This document shows positions 1 through 12,949 of a DNA stretch of 64,000 nt, piece after piece (within the stretch, counting starts at the first letter, position 1; each line of letters starts with the position of its first letter). The position numbers and the translations under genes are program-made. Source of the stretch: Lama guanicoe (Eukaryota); the NCBI GenBank assembly GCA_013239625.1, contig MU057069.1, positions 1,732,018 through 1,796,017 of the forward strand, given 5' to 3'. The notes beneath the pieces are model-generated. The model had not been told where the DNA came from, made no database searches, and saw nothing but the letters and a program-made list of their open reading frames with translations.

Positions 1-254
1 TACCAAACACAGCAGTTTCCCAACGAACATGACTGCCAGTCCTCACTGTGTGGGCTGCGCACCTCCTAACCCTAGGGAGGACACTAGTGATGTCCAAGCC
101 TGTGCAAACAGACCCCAGTTGGGTTGCACAGTGCCCAACCTGTGCAACTGTGCATGTCAGCCTGAGCCCCTGGAAACACCTCCACGAGGTACACAGGTGA
201 CTGGGTGCCCTGAAGCTGTGGGTGGACAGGTGTGCCTACCTTCCTGATATACAG

Positions 255-540
255 CCCACAAAAAGGACCTGGGGAAGAGAACCTACAGACTGGGAGAAAA
301 TATTTGCAAACAATGCAAAAGACAGGGGATTAATTTCCAAAATGTACAAGCAGCTCATAGAGCTCAACATAAAAAACAACCCAATCAAAAAGTGAGCAGG
401 AGACCTAAAAAGACGGGGGAGACCCCCATCGGAAGAAGGCCTCCAGATGGCCAGCAGGCACACTAAACGGAGCTCCATATTGCCAGTTATGGGAGAAATG
501 CGAACCAAAGCTAGGGTGAGGCATCACTTCACACTACTCC
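255..540 (+). mobile_element. Degraded L1 ORF2 fragment
   Basis: acagactgggagaaaatatttgcaaac...gggattaatttccaaaat...aacccaatcaaaaagtg, recognisable L1 ORF2 3' region. Confidence 0.75.
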
Positions 541-584
541 CTGCCCGGCTTCCTGCCTCCAGACCTCCAGAGCTGCCTGGGGGC

Positions 585-780
585 TGCTCAGCCTCCACAC
601 CTTTGACATTTGGGACAGAAATCCCTTTGCTGTGGGGCTGCCCTGAGCACTGTGGGAAATTCAGCCTCCCCCAACGACATGCCAGTGGCACCCCCAGATA
701 TGACAATGTAACATGTTTCCAGATGTGGCCAAACATCCCGGGGGGTAGGGGCAGGTAGAACCACCCGGTCTAGACCCAAG
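585..780 (-). mobile_element. MER20 (hAT-Charlie) DNA transposon remnant
   Basis: ttgacatttggg...tttgctgtggggctgccctgagcactgtggg...tgccagtggcaccc...tgtttccagatgtggccaaacatccc resembles the MER20 consensus as recalled. Confidence 0.7.
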
Positions 781-1989
781 GGCTGCCTTCGTGGCCTGGC
801 CGGTCTCCTGACCAATCTCACGGCAGGCGGAGCTGCTGTCAGGTTGTCCCAGGGCCAGGCTCCCTCTGCACCTGGTGCAGCAGATTCAGGGCGGCTGGTT
901 CTGGCGAGAAGGGCTCAGAGGCGCAGCCATGCTCTTGGTTCAGGAGGTGTGGTGTCCGCCTTTCCCGCCTGGGACAGTACAGCTGCTGCCTCGGTTCCTG
1001 GTGGCTCCGTCGTCGTCACCCTGGCCGGTGGCAGGACCCCGCTGTTTGCCTGGGGACCTCTCTTGGGCCTCTGAGGGGCAGTGTTGGGGCAGGTCCTCGA
1101 AGGGTGCTGTGGGCCCAGGAGGGTGGTGGGTTGACAGGTGGGCTGGCAGGAGGACCAGCTGGATGGAGGGCAGAGGTGCAGGCGGGGCACATCTGAGACC
1201 ACAGATGCCTGGAGTGACGCTGTGGGTGCAGGGAGAGCCACCTCCTTCCAGTTAAACCTGCAGGTACTGAGGCGACCCTGAAAACACGCCAACTTGAAAA
1301 AGCAAACCTCTGCCTCCCGGGGCTGTCACCATCTGCAGAGAGGTCCCAGCCTCACCGCCAGCTGGGTTTTGCCTGGCAGGTGGCTGGGTCGTGGGTCCTG
1401 CAGCTGGACGCCTTGGGGCAGGCCCCCATGCTCCCCCTGGACGTGGGCCTGCACCCCTCCCTTCGCCCAAGTCACCTAAATGCATGTGAGTCCCAGCTCT
1501 CTGCTGGGTGGAGACAGGCAAGGGTGATCTGTGCACCTGAGACCAGAGGAGAGGGGAGGGCTCTGAAGGGCTGGAGTCGTCAGGGAGGCCCTCTCAGAGG
1601 AAGTGACCTTTGACCTGGGCCTTGACGGACACCGTGCTTTGGACACATGGCCCATGGACACCGTGGCCAGCGATAGAGGTGTGTTTAAACACTTCTTTTG
1701 TTTCTCCCAGAAGGTCAGCCCAGAGCTGGAGCTTAATATGTGGGGCTAGTTTGCAGGGGTCAAAGGGAAGCTCATGGGTCCAGGTGATAACAGAGATGGT
1801 AGAAGCAGCCAGTCAGGGCCCCTTCCAGTGACCTGGTGTGTGCGCAGGCTTCCCGGGCCATCCGGGCACAGCAGGCCTTTGGGGACAGGAGCACTGCCGC
1901 CATTCACAGGTGAGGGAACCAGACGTAGAGGGATTTGCTCCGGTCCCACAGCTCAAGGGCTCACTGTGTGCCAGCCCCGCCCTGAGCCC

Positions 1990-2300
1990 TTTCCACGTAT
2001 TCATACTCTGGGTTTTCCTAGTGAGCCTGAGGTGGGGGTCTGCTATCATTCCCATTTTATAGATGAGGAGACTGAGGCATTTAAGTACAACTGGGAAACC
2101 ACAGAGCTCATATCCTGGGGCCCACCCCAGGCACCACCCCCGTGAGCCTCAGTGTCCCCGTCTGCAGAACAGCGGAGATGACAGAACTTCCTACGGCTGG
2201 CTTGAGGCACCAAGAAGACGCGGAGGGCTGTGACGTGCCCCATCCAGCACCTGGCGCACAGCGGGTGCCCCTGGTGCATAGCAGGTGCTTGGCACGCATC
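1990..2300. mobile_element. Two MIR fragments in opposite orientation
   Basis: cccattttatagatgaggagactgaggc (about 2050-2078) and gagcctcagtgtccccgtctgcagaa (about 2143-2168). Confidence 0.6.
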
Positions 2301-4039
2301 GGCTGTGGTCACCTTGTTCCCAGCCTCGGATTCCTCCATCTGGTTGCTGACATTTGGCCACATGTTGTCTGCCCAGGAACACATCTCCCCACCTCCGGCT
2401 ACTTTTAGTTTCATTTCCTGGGAATTCTGGATTCTGGAGCCCCAGTGGTTATGTGCAGCTCATGTGGGGAGCCTCTCAAACGGGAGTGACTGGGAATGCT
2501 GGGTTTATTCTGCTCAAACCACTGACCCAGCCGTCTTTGCTGGGAGGCTGACTCAGGGGCTCTCCTTCCATCTCCTGGGGACAGAGTCCAGCTTTGCTGA
2601 GTGCCTGGGGTGGTCTCTGCTGGGAGGGGCCATCTGCAGGGGTAGTGGCCACACCGAAGGCTTCCTGGGAAGAAATGCCCGGACAGGCTGTGGGCGGATA
2701 TGGGAAGGTCAGCAACGGAGCCCTGAACTCTCCTGCTGGTGGTTCCCACAGTCTCCGGCTGGGGAGCACCAGACACGGTGGCCCTGTTGGTCCTGGGAGA
2801 AGAGGGCTTGCTGACAACAGCCCCAGAAATATGACTGGAAATCAAGGCAGACACCATTGGCTTCTTTCGTAACGCCTACTCCTTTTGTGCTTACAAAACC
2901 TTAACGTGTTTTTGATTCACTATTCTAAGCCAGTGGTGATCGCTTTGTTATCAAATTTCCCAGCTGCTCCTGCTGGTCATATGACCCAGTTCTGGCCAAT
3001 CAGTCCTGAAGTGGAAGTCAGCTGGGGGCATTTCTGGGAAAGCTTCCGCTCGCCTCGAAAAAAGAGACAGGTGCAGCTAGTAAGGCCCTTGACCTTGGCT
3101 CATGTGGAACCCAGGTGTGAGGACTAGAGCTCTGGCAGCCATCTTGTGACTGTGAGGCTGAAGCCTCAGGCTGAGAGGTCAGTTATATTAGGGATGGTGG
3201 AGTCAGGGTCCCTGGTGCTAGCAACAGCCTGCCTCTAGTTGTGTTATGTGGAAAAAAGAACCTCTTACCTATTTGTTTAAGTCTCTTTGGATTTTGTTTT
3301 TTTACAGGTAAATGTGTTCCTAACCGATAGACTTGAAGGCAGAGCAGGTGGCCAGCAGGGCCACCCCTGCACAGAGAGGTCCACAAACAGCTCCTGAGAC
3401 TGCCCAGTGCTGCGGCCTCCACCGACCGTGGTGACCCTCCCCTCAGGGGTCACAGTCCACAGAAAAGGGTGACAAGTTGTGTAATTGGTACGAACTGTTG
3501 CCAGCTCTGAGTGCAGAGAAACCCCTCTTCTTTTAAACATCGAGCCCAAGTGTCAGGGCTGGAAAAGCTGCCCAGGAATGTGATGGGGGAGGTGGGGGTG
3601 CTCAGGGTAAACGGCTTCAGCCGGGAAAAGCCCAGGGACCTAGCCTTGCACATGGGACGGCCCCGCAGACCCAGGGAGACGGCATCCGAGTCTGGGCCCA
3701 GTTTGCACCCGGTGTCGCCAGGGCCAAGGGTCCGCGGCGCAGGGCGGGCACCCGCAACCGGAGCCACCCGCAACCGGAGCTGCGCGCGCCCGGCCGGCAG
3801 CAGCGGCGTCACGTCCACTCGCTGACTGGCTGGGGCGCAGTCACGTGGCTGCGGCCCCCCTCCCCGACGGCCGGCGCCGGGACGCCCACCTGGCCCAGCA
3901 CCGCCCGCTCCCGCCACGCGCCTGGGCCTCCGCGCCACATTAGAACCGCGCCGTTGCGTTTGAGGCTGGGTGCGTGGCCGGGAGGCGGCCTGCAGGATGC
4001 TGGGCTGGGTCCTTGGTGCCGTGTCCACAGCACCTCCCG

Positions 4040-4128
4040 GCTGCAATGGCTGCAGATGTCTCCAGACGTTGCCCAGGGCCCCTGGGGTGGGGGCGTATGC
4101 GGCAAAATCACCCCGATTGAGAACACTG
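4040..4128 (-). mobile_element. MER20 fragment
   Basis: atgtctccagacgttgcc...cccctgggg...ggcaaaatcacccc..ttgagaacactg, the terminal MER20 motif. Confidence 0.6.
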
Positions 4129-4957
4129 GATTAGCAGATGATGGAAATGGGGACAGGAGAGGCTGTCTCTCCTTGGCGGGGGTCCGAGGTGCCGGAGGGG
4201 GAAAGGGGCGCTCACTGTGTCTGGTGTGCTTACAGTAGCAGGAAAGAAAACCAGGAAGGCAGCCGGTTAACCAGCAAGTCATATTAAAACAGTCCCTGGA
4301 TGAGATCCACATGGGGGGTCTCTGTGGGGCTGGGGGCATCTCGAAGGCAGGACCGACGAATCAGCTTTGCACAGGGGGTGGGAGGCTTTGTAACGGAGGA
4401 GACCCTGCAACCAGGTGGTGAAGGCTGGCGGAGTTTGCCAGAGAGAGGAGCAGGGGGGTCTTCGGAGGGTTTGCCGGGGTGGCAGGTGCATTCTGGGAGC
4501 TGGCGGGATTTGATGTGGTTGGAGTGGAGTGGTTGCTGGGGAGCCCCCTCTTCAAGCTGGGCTTGGTCCCCTCCTGCCTGCCCCCGTTGTCTCCTGTGGG
4601 CCACCAGACCACCAGTTACCCTGTAGTGCTTGCTTCCCCTCAAAGCCCTGTCTTTTGTCCACCGTAGTCCCTCACACACAGCAGGTACTCGGAAAAGTGG
4701 ATGAACAAATGAAGGAGCTGGTTCACAGAGGGTCTTCGACACCAGCCTGAGAGGACTGCATTTCGGTCCCGGCAGTAGGGAGCCACTGGGGGTTTCTGGG
4801 CAGGGGAGTCACCTGCTGTTAGTGGAGGATGCTTTGGAAAGGGTGGAGGCTGGGGGACCGACCAGGTGGGAGCTCATGAGGCCTGAGCAGAGCCATCCCA
4901 GAGAAGAGTTTCAGGATTTGGTGACTGATTCGTTGTGGGGGGGGAGGGAGTTGGGGC

Positions 4958-5115
4958 NNNNNNNNNNNNNNNNNNNNNNNNNNNNNNNNNNNNNNNNNNN
5001 NNNNNNNNNNNNNNNNNNNNNNNNNNNNNNNNNNNNNNNNNNNNNNNNNNNNNNNNNNNNNNNNNNNNNNNNNNNNNNNNNNNNNNNNNNNNNNNNNNNN
5101 NNNNNNNNNNNNNNN
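4958..5115. other. Assembly gap (158 N) with G-rich flanks
   Basis: Run of N. Confidence 1.
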
Positions 5116-5549
5116 TGGGGAATGGAGGGAGCTGGGGGCCAGGTGCCTGGAAGAGCCCCCGTGGGGTGGAGTCTGGCAGGTGGAAAGAGTCCGGAAGCAA
5201 AGTCTGAAAAATGGAAAACAGTCATGTGACATGACTGGAAGAAAAAGCCCGGGTGTAATTCTATTTTTAAGAAACCGGCTGTATCTTTCCCTGCATTCAT
5301 CCAAGGCGGCAGCGCCTCTGACGCCTAGGGAAAGGGCAGTTCTCGCCTGGGAAAACACTTTAAGGGGCCCTGAGCTGGACGAACAGCCTCAGGCGTGCCT
5401 GGAAGCAGCCTCCCGGGCGAAGTGTGCTCTGTCCTCCCAGGGAGGGAGGGCAGGGAGGGCTGCAAACGCTGGGGGGGGGGGGAAAGCCTGAGAAACTGAG
5501 ATGTCCCCCTTTCCGTTTTAAATGATTGATGAGGTGTAATTACCCTTTA

Positions 5550-6360
5550 CCTTAGAACTCAATTTAAAAAACAGGCAGATAACGCAATTAAAAACGGGCA
5601 AAAGATCTGGACAGACATTTCTCCAAAGGAGACATACAGACGGCCAGCAGCACAGGAAAAGATGTTCGGCGGCATTAAACACCCGGAAAACGCAAAACCA
5701 CAGTGAGGCACCACCGCACACCGAGGAGAACGGCTATCTTCAAAGAAACTGGTGGGAAAGTGAAATGGTTCAGCCGCTGTGGAAAAGCCTGGAGGTTCCT
5801 CAAAAAATGTCCACAGCAGCACAATTCACAGCCACCAAAAAGAGGAAGCAACCCTGGTGCCCATCAGCAGGTGGCTGGGTGAGCAAGCGTGGTCGCTCCA
5901 AGCAGCGGGTTGTCATTCAGCCGCAGGAAGGGCTGAAGCACTGACACCTGCTACAACATGGGGAACCTCAGAAACCTCCCGCTCGGGGAAAGCAGCCAGA
6001 CGCCGAAGGCCGCACATCATGTCGCCTGACCCTGTTTCTGTGAAACTTCCAGGCCAGGCAGATCTGAAGAGAAAGTAGATTAGCGGTCGCCAGGGTGGGG
6101 AGGAGGGCGGAGGGGGACTGCTGGCGGGTCCCGGGTTTCCGTGTGGAGGACAGGCGTGTTCTGGAATTGGGGAATGATGACTGACGGTCACACGGCATTG
6201 CGAATGTGCTAAAAACCACTGAACCATACACTTTAACATGGTTAAATGATTAATTTTATATCAATATCAAAATTTTTCAAGTATATGGGATACTGTGTGC
6301 CTTCTGCTCGTTTTTTCTGTAAACTTAAAAGTGCTCTGAAAAATAGTCAGTTCATTAAAA
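5550..6360 (+). mobile_element. Old L1M 3' region
   Basis: aaaacgggcaaaagatctggacagacatttctccaaag...gccgctgtggaaaa...aaaaaccactgaaccatacactttaa. Confidence 0.7.
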
Positions 6361-6990
6361 AAGCAAAACAAAATATGAAGTGGCCGAAAAACACAAACAT
6401 GGAATGGCCGTGAGGAGCATGCAGGCTGTGGCCCTGTGCCCCACACCTACCGGCCGCTGGGCACTGGGACCTCTTGTAACCTCTCTGTTGTCAAGGCCAC
6501 CTGGAGCTCTCCCTGTCCTCTTCCTGAGTGAGGTGTAAGTGTCCCACCGGGAGCTGGGGAAAGGGGCTGCTGCCTTTGACCCTCATGACAAGCACCAGAG
6601 GAATTGGGGGCCCAGGGAGGCCAGGGCATTTGCCCCTGATCAGTGTGTATGTGCAGAGCCGGGCCGGGCCTCCCGGGTGTGCTTGGTCCCCATGTGGGCG
6701 GGAGGGGCAGCCTCTGGACGGCGGTGCTCTGAGTGTGACACTTACAGCCACTGCCCCGGTAACACACATGCACGCTCACTTATACTGGGCATACCCTCCC
6801 CTGTACACAGACACACCTGTTCACACACACTGAAACTAGACACTTGCTCACATGCCCAGAAACACACACCCAACGGCTCTCGTACCTGATCCACACACGC
6901 GTGCTAGGGGCTGGGCCCCCCAGCTGGGCCAAAGGAGGGCAAAGCCCTTTGGGGACGGTCCAGGCTGGCTCTGAGTTTCCTGTGGCCGAT

Positions 6991-7005
6991 GGGTCACTAT
7001 GACCT
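6991..7005. promoter_or_regulatory. Perfect consensus estrogen response element GGGTCActaTGACCT
   Basis: Exact match to RGGTCAnnnTGACCY, about 6.4 kb upstream of PEMT exon 1; function not shown. Confidence 0.55.
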
Positions 7006-8109
7006 GGCCAGACCTCCTTTCAAGGCCCTCAGCCATCTGGTGCCCTGGCAGCCCTGTCGAGATGCTCAAGTTTGGATCGGGGAAGGGGCAACTCTGGGAC
7101 CAGGGCAGGGCGCTCCCGGGGGTTGCCCATCTTAAGCAGGGGCTAGTTCTCCACCTAATTCGTTAACAGCAGACCGTTGGAGTCCTTGAGAGCAGAGGCT
7201 GGGGCTCCTCACGGGGACCTGGGCAGCGTAGCCTACGGTAAGAGTCCAGCAGTGTGGTAACAGGAACGCATAACACACTTACTAAGTACGTCATGTGTGC
7301 TGGGCACTGGGCCGAGAGCATTGTCCCCTTTGATCCTGACCACAGTCCTACAAGGTCAGTGCTCTCTGGGCGACCTTCACATGGCGGGAAACAAAGCTCT
7401 GGGACACCCGAGCTGGCCCCAGACCCCAGGCTGCGTCTGACAGCTGTGGCCACAGTGATGCGGGTGAGGACCACCGCACACTCTCGCGGCAGTGAGACGG
7501 CGCTCGGGGCCGCGTGTGATTGTGCCTGGAGCCTGGATCTGAGCAAATGTACCAGGAGAGGTGTGACATCTGAATGTGGCCTCCGTGTCCGCCGTCCTCC
7601 AGATCCGCCACAAACCTGCTGATTCTAGGGGTGGTGTTGAGGCTTCCCAGGGGATGTCTCAGGAGGACCCACTGAAGTGTTTAGGGGTGAAGAGTCTGCA
7701 ACAGACCCTCAAATTACTCACTGACAAAAACTACCTATGAACAGACAAAGCAAATGCCGAGGAGTGAGAGTGGGTCGATCTAGGTGAAGGGTAGGTGGGT
7801 GTTTATTGTATAATTCTTGCAATTTTGGATGGGTTGGAAATTTTTCAAAGTAAAAAAAAAAGTTTTAATCACTTAAAAGTCACAAAGGCCCAACTGGTTT
7901 AAGAAAGAAGTCTGAGAGATTGCTGAGAGCAAGGCTCACAGGCCTTTCTGATGGAGGGCCCCGAGGGCGCCCGGTCAACTGCGCACAGAGCCCTGTTCCA
8001 ATCAAGGAGGAAAGCGGGGAGGGGGGGTGGTCCAACATCACAAAGAGCTGGGGAAGCAATTTATTAATTTAAAACATTTTCTAGGTGACTTTAATTAATT
8101 TATTTATTG

Positions 8110-8235
8110 GGCGTGTAGGTAATTAGGTTTATTTATTTATCTTTTTATTTATTTTTAGAGGCGGTCCTGGGGATTGAATCCAGGACCTTGTGCGTGCTAA
8201 GCACGTGCTTTACCACTGAGCTGTACCCTCTGCCC
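8110..8235 (-). mobile_element. tRNA-Ala-derived SINE (camelid Vic-1-like)
   Basis: Reverse complement reads GGGTACAGCTCAGTGGTAAAGCACGTGCTTAGCACGCACAAGGTCCTGGATTCAATCCCCAG plus the AAATAAATAAACCTAATTACC tail. Confidence 0.85.
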
Positions 8236-8771
8236 AAAAACCAGTTTAAATGAGGTACAATTAATCAGCTGTGAACTTACTGTCAGCATGTCTGGAATAG
8301 GAACACTCCATGCTGGTGAGCGTGCAGAGGACAGGCCTTTAGAAAGCAGCCTGCCTGTCTGTGCTCCTGGGGTCAAAGCTAAGGGAATAACCCTCAGCAA
8401 GACCCCACGTGGAGCTGACCCACCCTAGCGCTGATCCCCGGTGCTTCCAGCTGCTGCTCAGCCCTCTGTCCCGTGCGAGCCCCTGGGGCAGCCTTCACTC
8501 TGGCACTCCAGGCGCCCCGGAGCTTTGGGCCAGGAATGCTGGTTCCTGCACACGTGCCCTGGCCGCTGATTCCCCCACCCCCACTCCTCCCCTCCCGGAA
8601 CCTGGGAGTGAGCAGGAAATGCCTTCTCCTAGACCTGTCTCCCCGCCGCTCTGCTAGATTGGGGTAGGTGGCCTGACCCACTCGGGCCAGGTGAAGCGCC
8701 CTGGTGCTCCTGGACACCTGCCCCAGGTAGAAGCAACTGGAACTTGTCTCTGGGGCTTTAAAAAAAATCTT

Positions 8772-8910
8772 GGGGGAGAGCACATGCTTAGCAGGCAGGA
8801 GGTCCTGGGTTCAATCCCCAGCACCTCCGTTAAAATAAAACGAAACAAACAATAAAAAAAAACTGCTCACCCCCCAAATAAACAAATAAATAAACCTAAT
8901 TACCCACCCT
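8772..8910 (+). mobile_element. tRNA-Ala-derived SINE, A-box region deleted
   Basis: GAGCACATGCTTAGCAGGCAGGAGGTCCTGGGTTCAATCCCCAGCACCTCC followed by an A-rich tail with AAACCTAATTACC. Confidence 0.85.
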
Positions 8911-9439
8911 CACGGCAAAAAAAAGTCTAATTCCAAACGTCAGAAATGTTTTAGTCATCTTTCTCTTTCCCACTGGTGTTTAGGAGAATAAACTGCGTGA
9001 CCACAATCCTTTCAAATCGATTGACGTTTCCTTTTGCGCCGGCACATGGTCGATTCTGGCAGATGCTCTGTGTGCCCTTGGGGAGGACGTATGTTCTGCA
9101 GATGGAGGGGGCTCTGTAGGGGTCGGGGACAGTCGGCTCATGGTCAAAGCCTAGGGGCTTTCTGCCTTTCTGCCTTTTCTCTCCATCATGAAGATAAATA
9201 TTTTCCCCCACAAGATGTTTTCACTGATGCAAATGTCTAACATCCATTGGATTTATCCCTTCTCTCCTTCGGTGTCCCCAGGCTTCTGTGGAAGCAGGCA
9301 TTTCCCCAGGAACTCTCAGGCATTGCCTCCTGCCTGCTGGGGATGAATCCTCTCAGCCTTCATTTGTCTGAAAACACCTTTTACTCTGTCTCCATTTTTG
9401 AGGGATAATTTCACTGGACTGAAATGCAGTTTTGACCGT

Positions 9440-10620
9440 CGTTCATTCACTTATTCATTTGTTGGGTGAATATTCGATGAGTATCTGACTGGTGCTGAGT
9501 GTGTGCAGGGGATGCGGTGGTGGCCACAGCAGGAAGTGCCCTTGCTGCCCACGAAGAGAAGGGAGTGTGTGCCTGGCAGAGGGAATGGGATGTGCAAAGG
9601 CCCTGTGGCTGGAGCACAGGGAGCGAGACAGGCTGGGGAGGCGGCCACACCTGGGCCACAGGGGAACTCACAGGACATGGCGAGGAATCACGTTTTGTCC
9701 TTGTCCTTACAGGAGCTCTGAGGCTCCTCAGCGAAGGGTGGATGTGATGAAAAGAAGCAAGAAAGGTGCAGAAACACGGTGGGTTTTGAGCACTGAGGCT
9801 GTGAACAAGTGCTGGGTCCTGCAAATGCACTAGATCTGGTGCTGGGCCTTTTGCATCGCCTGCTCCATCCAAGGGGCAAAGGCAGGCCTGCATCTGGGCC
9901 GGCAGGTTCCAAGCCCATCATGCACTCAGCTGTGTGGCTGTGGACCAGCCCCTTCCACATGCGTCACCTTCCCACTTGGACTGCAGAATAACATCCCCTC
10001 CCTCACAGGGCAGTTATGAGACTCAAAGATGATGGTGCTGAGCACCAAGCCTGCAGCCTTGCAACAGCTCAAACATCTTAGCTCTTGTTTCTCTGGTTAA
10101 GATTTTCCCCTCTACTGGGAGTCAGAGAGGGTAAGCCACTTGCCCTTGGCCACACAGCCAGGATCCTTCACCCTTATCATTCCATAGACATGGTCCCAGA
10201 GGCCCAGAGAAATGGTTCACCCAAAGACACCCAGCACCTGGGCGTGGCAGAACTACTCTGTCATTCATTGTTTACTGAGTGCCTGCTTTGTGCCAGCATG
10301 ACCCAGGTGGCAGGGAGACAGCTGAACATGAACAGACAGAAACATTGCCCCTGGGAAGCTTACATGCAATGGGGGAACCTGACAACTCACACCTGGTGAG
10401 ATGGCACCAGCACCGTGGAGAGAAATAAAGTTGGGAAGGGAATGGAGAGTGTAGGGGAGGCTGACACGTTCAGTTGAGTGGAAGGAGGGGAGGAAGGGCC
10501 CGTGAGGACATCTCGGGGAACAGCATTCCGGGCAGAGGGCACACACGTGCAAAGGTCCTGGGGTGAGAGTGTGCCTGGGGTTTTCCAGGAACAGCAGGAA
10601 GGCAGGTTGCCTGCGCTGTG
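9440..10620. mobile_element. L2 remnants
   Basis: ttcattcacttattcatt...; tcattcattgtttactgagtgcctgctttgtgccag...ggaacagcattccgggcagagggc...gtgcaaaggtcctgggg. Confidence 0.55.
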
Positions 10621-12949
10621 GACGGTGAAGGGGCAGGGAGTCCCCACCATTACCTGCGTCCTTGCTAGAGCTTCCTGGGCCCTGGATGACTGGATTTCGG
10701 TGAGTCTAGCCCTAAGCCCTCTTCCCAGCAGCAGAGGTCACTGGGGAAGGGGCTCCTCCCTAGGCCCTGGCGGAAGGGAGGGTTTACTCATTACCAGCAA
10801 TGCTGCCCTGGCCCCTCTCCCACCTGGCCCCTGCTGACCCTGCTGCTCTGGGTTCCTGGACCACCCTTGGGTATGGTGGGGGCCATCAGGCCTGAACGTA
10901 GGAGGGGGATGCCGGGCATACTGGCCACAGTCCCTGAGGGCCCTCCTGGGTTTAAAGGCTTTCCGATGACCTGGTTCTGGTGATCCTCCGGAGAGGCTGT
11001 CTGGAGAGCACTTCTCGCTGTCCGGCCTGGCTTCTCAGCCACGTCCTCCCAGGAGCTCGGGGGCCCCTGAGCTGCCATGAGCCCCCCTGCCCTCCTTGCC
11101 CCTACCCCGGTCCCCAGTGCTGGGCTGTTCCTAAACCTGGGCATGTCCATGAGCTTCATTCATGAGTGTGGTCTTACCAGGCGAGTCTTAGTTATACGGA
11201 CAGGAGGGAGACAGACGTCTCCTGAGAACCTCCTGTGTGCCAGTCAGGCACTTCTGCGCCTTGTCACCGCTGAGCCTCACCTCAGCCTCACGCAGGAGAT
11301 AAGCTGGTACCTCCAAGTAGGGGAAGGTTTAGATTTTACCCAAGGCCACACAATACGCAGATGTTCACTTTAGTAGTAAAAGCCAGTTTTGGGGATTGCT
11401 GGGAGCCAGGGAGCCAGACAGCCAGACTGAGTGGCACTGGGGGAGGGCGGGCAGGGAGTTGGAAGAAGGCAAGGTAATGGCTGTCAGCTTTGATCCTCTA
11501 GTAGCAAAGGTCAAACTCCTGGCCAGAGAGGTCATCTGGAGATGTTTGCCCTGCAGCAGACCAGGAGTCAGCTGCGATAAATGGCTCCCAGTATCTGAAG
11601 AGCTATCAAGGGGCAGAGCGATAACCCTGCAGGTAGAAGGCCCTGTTTGTTAAAGCATCAGGAAGGGGGACTTTGGGTCAGCATCAGGAACAAACATCCC
11701 GTCCGACAGGAGCACGCGGGCTCAGAAGTGACTCTTCTGTTCGCCAGGGATGCCTGAAAAGGAGTATTCCAGCGAGAGAGGTTGGCCTGGGTGATTTCCC
11801 TGCAAGCTCAGACCTGGGAGTTTCAAAGGGCCAGGCAAAGACGTCTGCCTCAAAATATCTTTGGCAGAAGGTTTTTGATGCAAATAGTCCGGATCACATT
11901 TGGCTTCTGCCCGTCTGCCTTTCTTTCGGCGGCGGGAGAGTGGTGGGGGTGGGTTAGGGGTGGAGGAGCGGATTCCTCCAGTTGCATCAGCTCTGGGGTG
12001 ACCTCTGACACCTTTCTTTGTCCCCAGATACTCCAAACACACAAAAACTAATTTTCCTGGCTTAATAAAAGAACGGGAGTGGCCAGGTAGGTGGGGAGAA
12101 GACCGGGGCTTGGGTGAAATAGACTGTGGTGGGGGGTGCTCGCTAGGGCCCCTCTCCCTTGGGAATGGGCTCTGGTTCTGGCAGCCTCTGCCTGGACACC
12201 CTAAGCACAGTGGTCAGGGGGCAGACCAGCCTTCCAGCACCTACTGTTCACCTAGCCCAGTCATGGGGAGTACCACAGGTCAGGTCGTGTGTGGTGGGTT
12301 TTACTTTTGAGGAACTGAAAGTTTCTCGCAGCCACAGAGCTTGCGCGTGCAAGGCCAGCGTCCCTCCTGTCTCACGGTGGGCCTGCTCGGTGCTAAGGAT
12401 GCTGTGGAGGGTGGCACAGGGGCCAGAACCCGGCAGGCGGGTGCTCACAAGTGCTCCAGCCTGGTAGATGCTGGGGGTCGAGGAGAGAGGTGGGAGCGGA
12501 ATCAGGAAGCAGCTGGCGTTGCAGAGGCCCGCCTGGGCTCCCAGGTTAGGGAGTCTGAGTCCGTTTCCCCAGGTACAGACACCTAGCTACAAAAGAGGCT
12601 CTCTTGGGACCCAACCAACCAAAATCGCACCTACTTTTCTATACTCCTTCCCCACCATCGTCCCCCCTCCACCACTCCTCCAGACTTTTCCGGATTCCTG
12701 AAGGACCCTTGATTCTGTCCTGCCTCCTGGCCCCTGCATAGGTGGCCTCTCTTCCTAGCCCGCCCTGCCCCCCGCACTTTGCATGTCTGGCACCTTCTTC
12801 AGCGCACAGGCCTCCCTCTGAGCCCCTCCCTGAGCATTCCCGGCCAGTGTCCCTTGTGACCATCCGACCTAGCCCCCCGTTCTTCCGTCCCAGTACGCGT
12901 CAAGCTATAATCCTTTATTACTGCTCGGCTCTCATCCCCCAAGGGACCG

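Noticed and set aside
2975-2986. Palindrome GGTCATATGACC resembling an ERE
   Set aside because: The spacer is 2 nt, not 3, and it lies in LTR-like sequence (…tgacccagttctggccaat).
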